Shown here piece after piece: positions 41,251 to 44,331 of a stretch of 44,331 nucleotides of DNA; the first letter of the stretch is position 1, and each line of letters starts with the position of its first letter. Location: positions 1 to 44,331 of the forward strand of contig JBBTUF010000008.1 of the NCBI GenBank assembly GCA_038063855.1, in the 5' to 3' direction. A program made the translations under genes and the position numbers. Origin of the DNA: Patescibacteria group bacterium (GTDB taxonomy: Bacteria > Patescibacteriota > Minisyncoccia > Ryanbacterales > GWA2-47-10b). The notes beneath the pieces are model-generated. The model was not told the DNA's origin, searched no databases, and saw nothing but the letters and a program-made list of their open reading frames with translations.

Positions 41251-41723
41251 ATAGTTAAAGTATAAACTGCTATTCCAAACGCGACGGAGACATTAAGAGA
41301 TTCTTTGCGGCCACGCATGGGGATTGAGATTATAACGTCGCACTTTTTTAGAAGCGCAGGCGAGAGGCCGCGTACTTCGTTGCCGATAATTAATACCGCC
41401 TGCTCACGGATTGGTTTAAATCTTCGATAATCAACCGCATTTTTTGTATTTTCAAGTGCAATGATCTGCACTCCACTTTTCTTGAGCCATTTGATTAATG
41501 TCGTAATATTTCTTATCACTTCCCACTTAACACTCTCCTCTGCTCCTAATGCAGTTTTTGAAATTTCTTTTCGCGCTCTCCCCATCTCATCGAGTGGACT
41601 CGGCGTGTAGCCGGTTAAATAGATTTTTGAAACGCCAGCGCCGTCAGCAGTACGAAATACGGAGCCTACGTTGTGTAGGCTCCGTACATTATGAACAATT
41701 ACTGATAAATCCTTCTTAGACAT
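41247..41723 (-). CDS. SpoU/TrmH-family RNA 2'-O-methyltransferase
   Basis: NVGSVFRTADGAGV, LIIGNEVRGLS and IPMRGRKESLNVSVAFGIAVY. Confidence 0.85.
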   Translation of the reverse strand: MSKKDLSVIVHNVRSLHNVGSVFRTADGAGVSKIYLTGYTPSPLDEMGRARKEISKTALGAEESVKWEVIRNITTLIKWLKKSGVQIIALENTKNAVDYRRFKPIREQAVLIIGNEVRGLSPALLKKCDVIISIPMRGRKESLNVSVAFGIAVYTLTI

Positions 41724-42556
41724 TATCGAATTTCGTAGGTAAGCGAAACGGTGCTGACGATTTCGTTTTGACCGGGAGTTATCGCAGGCGCGGGACTACC
41801 GGCAACACTATCCATAGCAACACCGCCGCCTTTGCCAAAATAAATTGGGTACGGGCTACTGCCACCTTCGTTGAAACTCGCAAGATCCCCAAGGCTTACG
41901 CCAAGGCTACCGGCGAGTACTTTTGCATTTTCACGCGCCTTTTTAATCGCTTCGTCGCGTGCCTCCTTCTGCAAACGTTCGCGCGTTTCGTCATTGACTG
42001 TAAACTGTAAAGAGCCTACTTGGTTAACTCCTACATTAGAGACGCCCGCAATAATATCACCGGCTTTATCAAGATTCTTGATTTTTACATCAAACGTTTG
42101 TTCAATAACATACGTTTTTGTTGTTTTACGAGGAGGGCAAATGGTTTGAGAGCCTGATGAAAGTACGCACGGCCGTGAATCATACACCTCTTGTGGATAC
42201 ATATTGTATGATGTTGATTTTATGTCTTTTTCGTCTACACTCTGGCCTTTGAGATATTCGATAACTTTGTTCGATGCTTTTGATGCTTCGTCTCGAGCAG
42301 TAACGAGGGACGCATTTTCTTTTCGAATCGTAAACGATGCTTGAGCAGTATCGGGCACTACAAGCTTTTTTGATTCAGCAGAGACAGTGATTGTATTTTT
42401 AGCGAGTGGATCTTTGCCGCCTCGTTCAAATGCATTTTTTGCGCTCGCCGTTAAAAATAAAATAAGGGTTGCGAGAACCAAAAAAACCAAATATTTCATC
42501 GGCCCTTGTGGGTTTGGGCTAAAGTCTAACTTTACATCTTTTGATTCATGTTCCAT
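41723..42556 (-). CDS. SIMPL-domain (DUF541) secreted protein
   Basis: N-terminal TM, then ITVSAESKKLVVPDTAQASFTI..., the typical SIMPL layout. Confidence 0.65.
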   Translation of the reverse strand: MEHESKDVKLDFSPNPQGPMKYLVFLVLATLILFLTASAKNAFERGGKDPLAKNTITVSAESKKLVVPDTAQASFTIRKENASLVTARDEASKASNKVIEYLKGQSVDEKDIKSTSYNMYPQEVYDSRPCVLSSGSQTICPPRKTTKTYVIEQTFDVKIKNLDKAGDIIAGVSNVGVNQVGSLQFTVNDETRERLQKEARDEAIKKARENAKVLAGSLGVSLGDLASFNEGGSSPYPIYFGKGGGVAMDSVAGSPAPAITPGQNEIVSTVSLTYEIR

Positions 42557-42603
42557 ATATTTAAATATAACGATTAATTATAACTAATTCGACACTGTGT
42601 ATT

Positions 42604-43875
42604 CTAGCTTACTTTATTTAAAATGTCGCGTACCACTTCGCGATCATCCCATGGTATGCGTTTTCCGTCTTCAAGCATCATAAGTGGTTCGGCACCCTTA
42701 CCGGTTATAACAACCGTATCGTTAGACCTCGCCTTTTTTATGGCAGCTGTTATCGCCTCGCGTCTATCAAGAATAATATTTGGCTTTTGCTTTGAAATAC
42801 CTTTTGCGATATCGCGAATAATCTCTTCTGGATTTTCATCGTACGGATCTTCATTTGTAAGAAAAATTTCCGCGCAATACTCGTCAGCAATCTTTCCCAT
42901 CTCTGATCTCTTCCACTTGTCGCGACCTCCCCCGGCCGACCCCAACACGCAACACAGGCGACGATCTTTTTTAGTAAGCGTTGTATACACATTAGAAAGC
43001 GCGTCTGGCGTGTGTGCATAATCAACAACAACTTGAAAGATTGAACTCGTGGGGCTTGTTATAAACTCAAGCCGACCCGGCACACCCGCAATACCTACAA
43101 GCGCATCTCGAATGTCTTCGGTAGCAATCCCTCGAGAAAGCGCAATCGACACAGCACACAGAGCATTATACAAATTAAATTTTCCAAAAAGTTTTAACGA
43201 AAATTCTAAACCATGCGTTATAAATCGGATCCCTTCGTCATGCAACGTAAATGATTGTGGAATCACAGCGTGCCCAAGCGTATCCCACTTGTCTTGCGTA
43301 AGCGCGTACATCCATGCCTCGGATCGTTGCGTTTGCAAAAAAAGTTTTGCCGACGGGTCATCGCCATTGATAATGATTGCCTTCCCATGCTTTGGTGAAT
43401 GCGCCACCGCTTCAAACAATTTTAATTTAGCAGCACGATATTTTTCAAAACTACCGTGTGACTCAATATGTTCTGGGGTTATATTTGTAATAGCTGCCAC
43501 ATCGAAATCAATATACGCATGGCGCGATTGTCGAATACCTTCACTTGTTACCTCTAAAATAGCGACATCGCATTTTGCAGTAACCGCATCTCGTAAAAAT
43601 TTCTGCATGAAAAATCGCCCCGGCATAGTCATTTTGAGTTCATTTTTTTTCTCGTTGCCGTCAATAATAAATCTCAGCGACGAAGCCGATGCCACACGAA
43701 AACCAGCTTGAACAAAAATGCGATGTACAAGATCAACGGTTGTCGATTTACCATTGGTGCCCGTGATCCCGATAACAATGAGTTTCTTTGATGGAAAACC
43801 ATATCGAATCGCCGAAACAAGCGCAAAAGCCTTATGATATAAACTTAAAATAAAAAATGGTATAAGGCTTTTCAT
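42604..43875 (-). CDS. Mur ligase family protein (MurE-like, short N-terminus)
   Basis: GITGTNGKSTT P-loop, EVTSEGIRQSRH, ITNITPEHIESHGSFEKY and a C-terminal Mur ligase domain. Confidence 0.75.
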   Translation of the reverse strand: MKSLIPFFILSLYHKAFALVSAIRYGFPSKKLIVIGITGTNGKSTTVDLVHRIFVQAGFRVASASSLRFIIDGNEKKNELKMTMPGRFFMQKFLRDAVTAKCDVAILEVTSEGIRQSRHAYIDFDVAAITNITPEHIESHGSFEKYRAAKLKLFEAVAHSPKHGKAIIINGDDPSAKLFLQTQRSEAWMYALTQDKWDTLGHAVIPQSFTLHDEGIRFITHGLEFSLKLFGKFNLYNALCAVSIALSRGIATEDIRDALVGIAGVPGRLEFITSPTSSIFQVVVDYAHTPDALSNVYTTLTKKDRRLCCVLGSAGGGRDKWKRSEMGKIADEYCAEIFLTNEDPYDENPEEIIRDIAKGISKQKPNIILDRREAITAAIKKARSNDTVVITGKGAEPLMMLEDGKRIPWDDREVVRDILNKVS

Positions 43876-44331
43876 TTTGAGAGCGATTTGAGTGCTGTTT
43901 TTATTTTTTCATCAATTGATTTTTCTGGACTTACCTTGTGCAAAGCCTCGCGCGCCTCTCGAGCGTTATACCCAAGCGCTATGAGAGCATCGAGTGCATC
44001 GGTATCGTCAGACCCAAGCACAACTCCATCGACACCTCCTAGCTTGTCGCGTAGTTCAAGAATAATTTTTTCGGCAATACGACGCCCAATGCCAGAAACT
44101 TTCGTTAAATAGCTCGACTCGCCAGATGCAATCGCACGTTTGAGTGAATCGATCGGAGCTACAGACAATACTCCAACCGCGGACTTTGGCCCAATGCCAG
44201 AAATACAAATCAACATTTCAAAAAACTCGAGCTCCGCCATTGAACAAAAACCATAAAGTTCCATTGCATTTTCTCGCACATACAAGTGTGTGTATAGATT
44301 TACTTTTGAACCATGCGCTCCCGCCGCCTTG
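43872..44331 (-). CDS. ruvA: Holliday junction DNA helicase RuvA (5' end outside the window)
   Basis: LYGF...ELEFFEMLICISGIGPKSAVGVL...VSGIGRRIAEKIILEL...LIALGYNAREAREAL. The frame stays open up to the window edge. Confidence 0.85.
   Translation of the reverse strand, partial: KAAGAHGSKVNLYTHLYVRENAMELYGFCSMAELEFFEMLICISGIGPKSAVGVLSVAPIDSLKRAIASGESSYLTKVSGIGRRIAEKIILELRDKLGGVDGVVLGSDDTDALDALIALGYNAREAREALHKVSPEKSIDEKIKTALKSLSK

Noticed and set aside
1-44331. Alternative genetic code (UGA or UAA reassignment, as in some CPR lineages)
   Set aside because: Conserved genes end at TGA, TAA and TAG at the expected protein lengths (tsaD ends at TGA, the recombinases at TAA). I saw no in-frame stops inside conserved domains other than the single TAA in the LTD gene.

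Overview
The window looks like a chromosomal segment of a small-genome, AT-leaning bacterium. The gene content suggests CPR/Patescibacteria, but that is inference only: type IV pilin-like protein, lamin-tail-domain protein, membrane-anchored Clp ATPase, DUF4349 and SIMPL proteins, many scattered tRNAs, and no biosynthetic operons. The genetic code appears standard, because conserved genes end at TGA, TAA or TAG where expected.

Backbone genes:
- ATCase-like pyrB, an EamA transporter and a pilin-like protein
- rplS, an RluA-type pseudouridine synthase and a HIT protein
- a ClpB/C-like ATPase and uppS
- tsaD, valS, a PrsW protease and Hsp20
- a YkuK-like protein, a DEDD-exonuclease-WYL fusion and a SpoU methyltransferase
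- a Mur ligase and ruvA (partial)

Seven intact tRNAs were folded by hand: His-GUG, Leu-GAG, Glu-UUC, Val-GAC, Phe-GAA, Val-UAC and Arg-CCG.

Three accessory regions interrupt the backbone:
1. About 1.7-6.5 kb is a compact integrative element. It carries a gene-II-like rolling-circle Rep, an excisionase-type HTH and a large serine recombinase whose ORF ends inside the antisense tRNA-His.
2. About 12.3-20.35 kb is a second element. Its paralogous serine recombinase reads antisense through the whole of tRNA-Leu. It also carries a DUF3631-like P-loop protein, a UDG-like gene and a tightly coupled pair of proteins that each have an Rx4H (HEPN-type) motif. That pair is the best candidate for an undescribed system.
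3. About 26.7-30.75 kb holds an IS21-family element (istA/istB) with a 145-bp repeat present twice and two IS ends abutted with a 3-bp spacer. These flank a visibly GC-rich foreign island with an RHH-PIN toxin-antitoxin pair, next to tRNA-Glu.

Other points of interest:
- A GC-rich palindromic in-frame insertion in tsaD.
- An LTD-domain gene split by one in-frame TAA.
- Orphan tRNA halves around tRNA-Val(UAC).
- A degenerate first ATPase module in the Clp protein.

No CRISPR array and no rRNA were seen.
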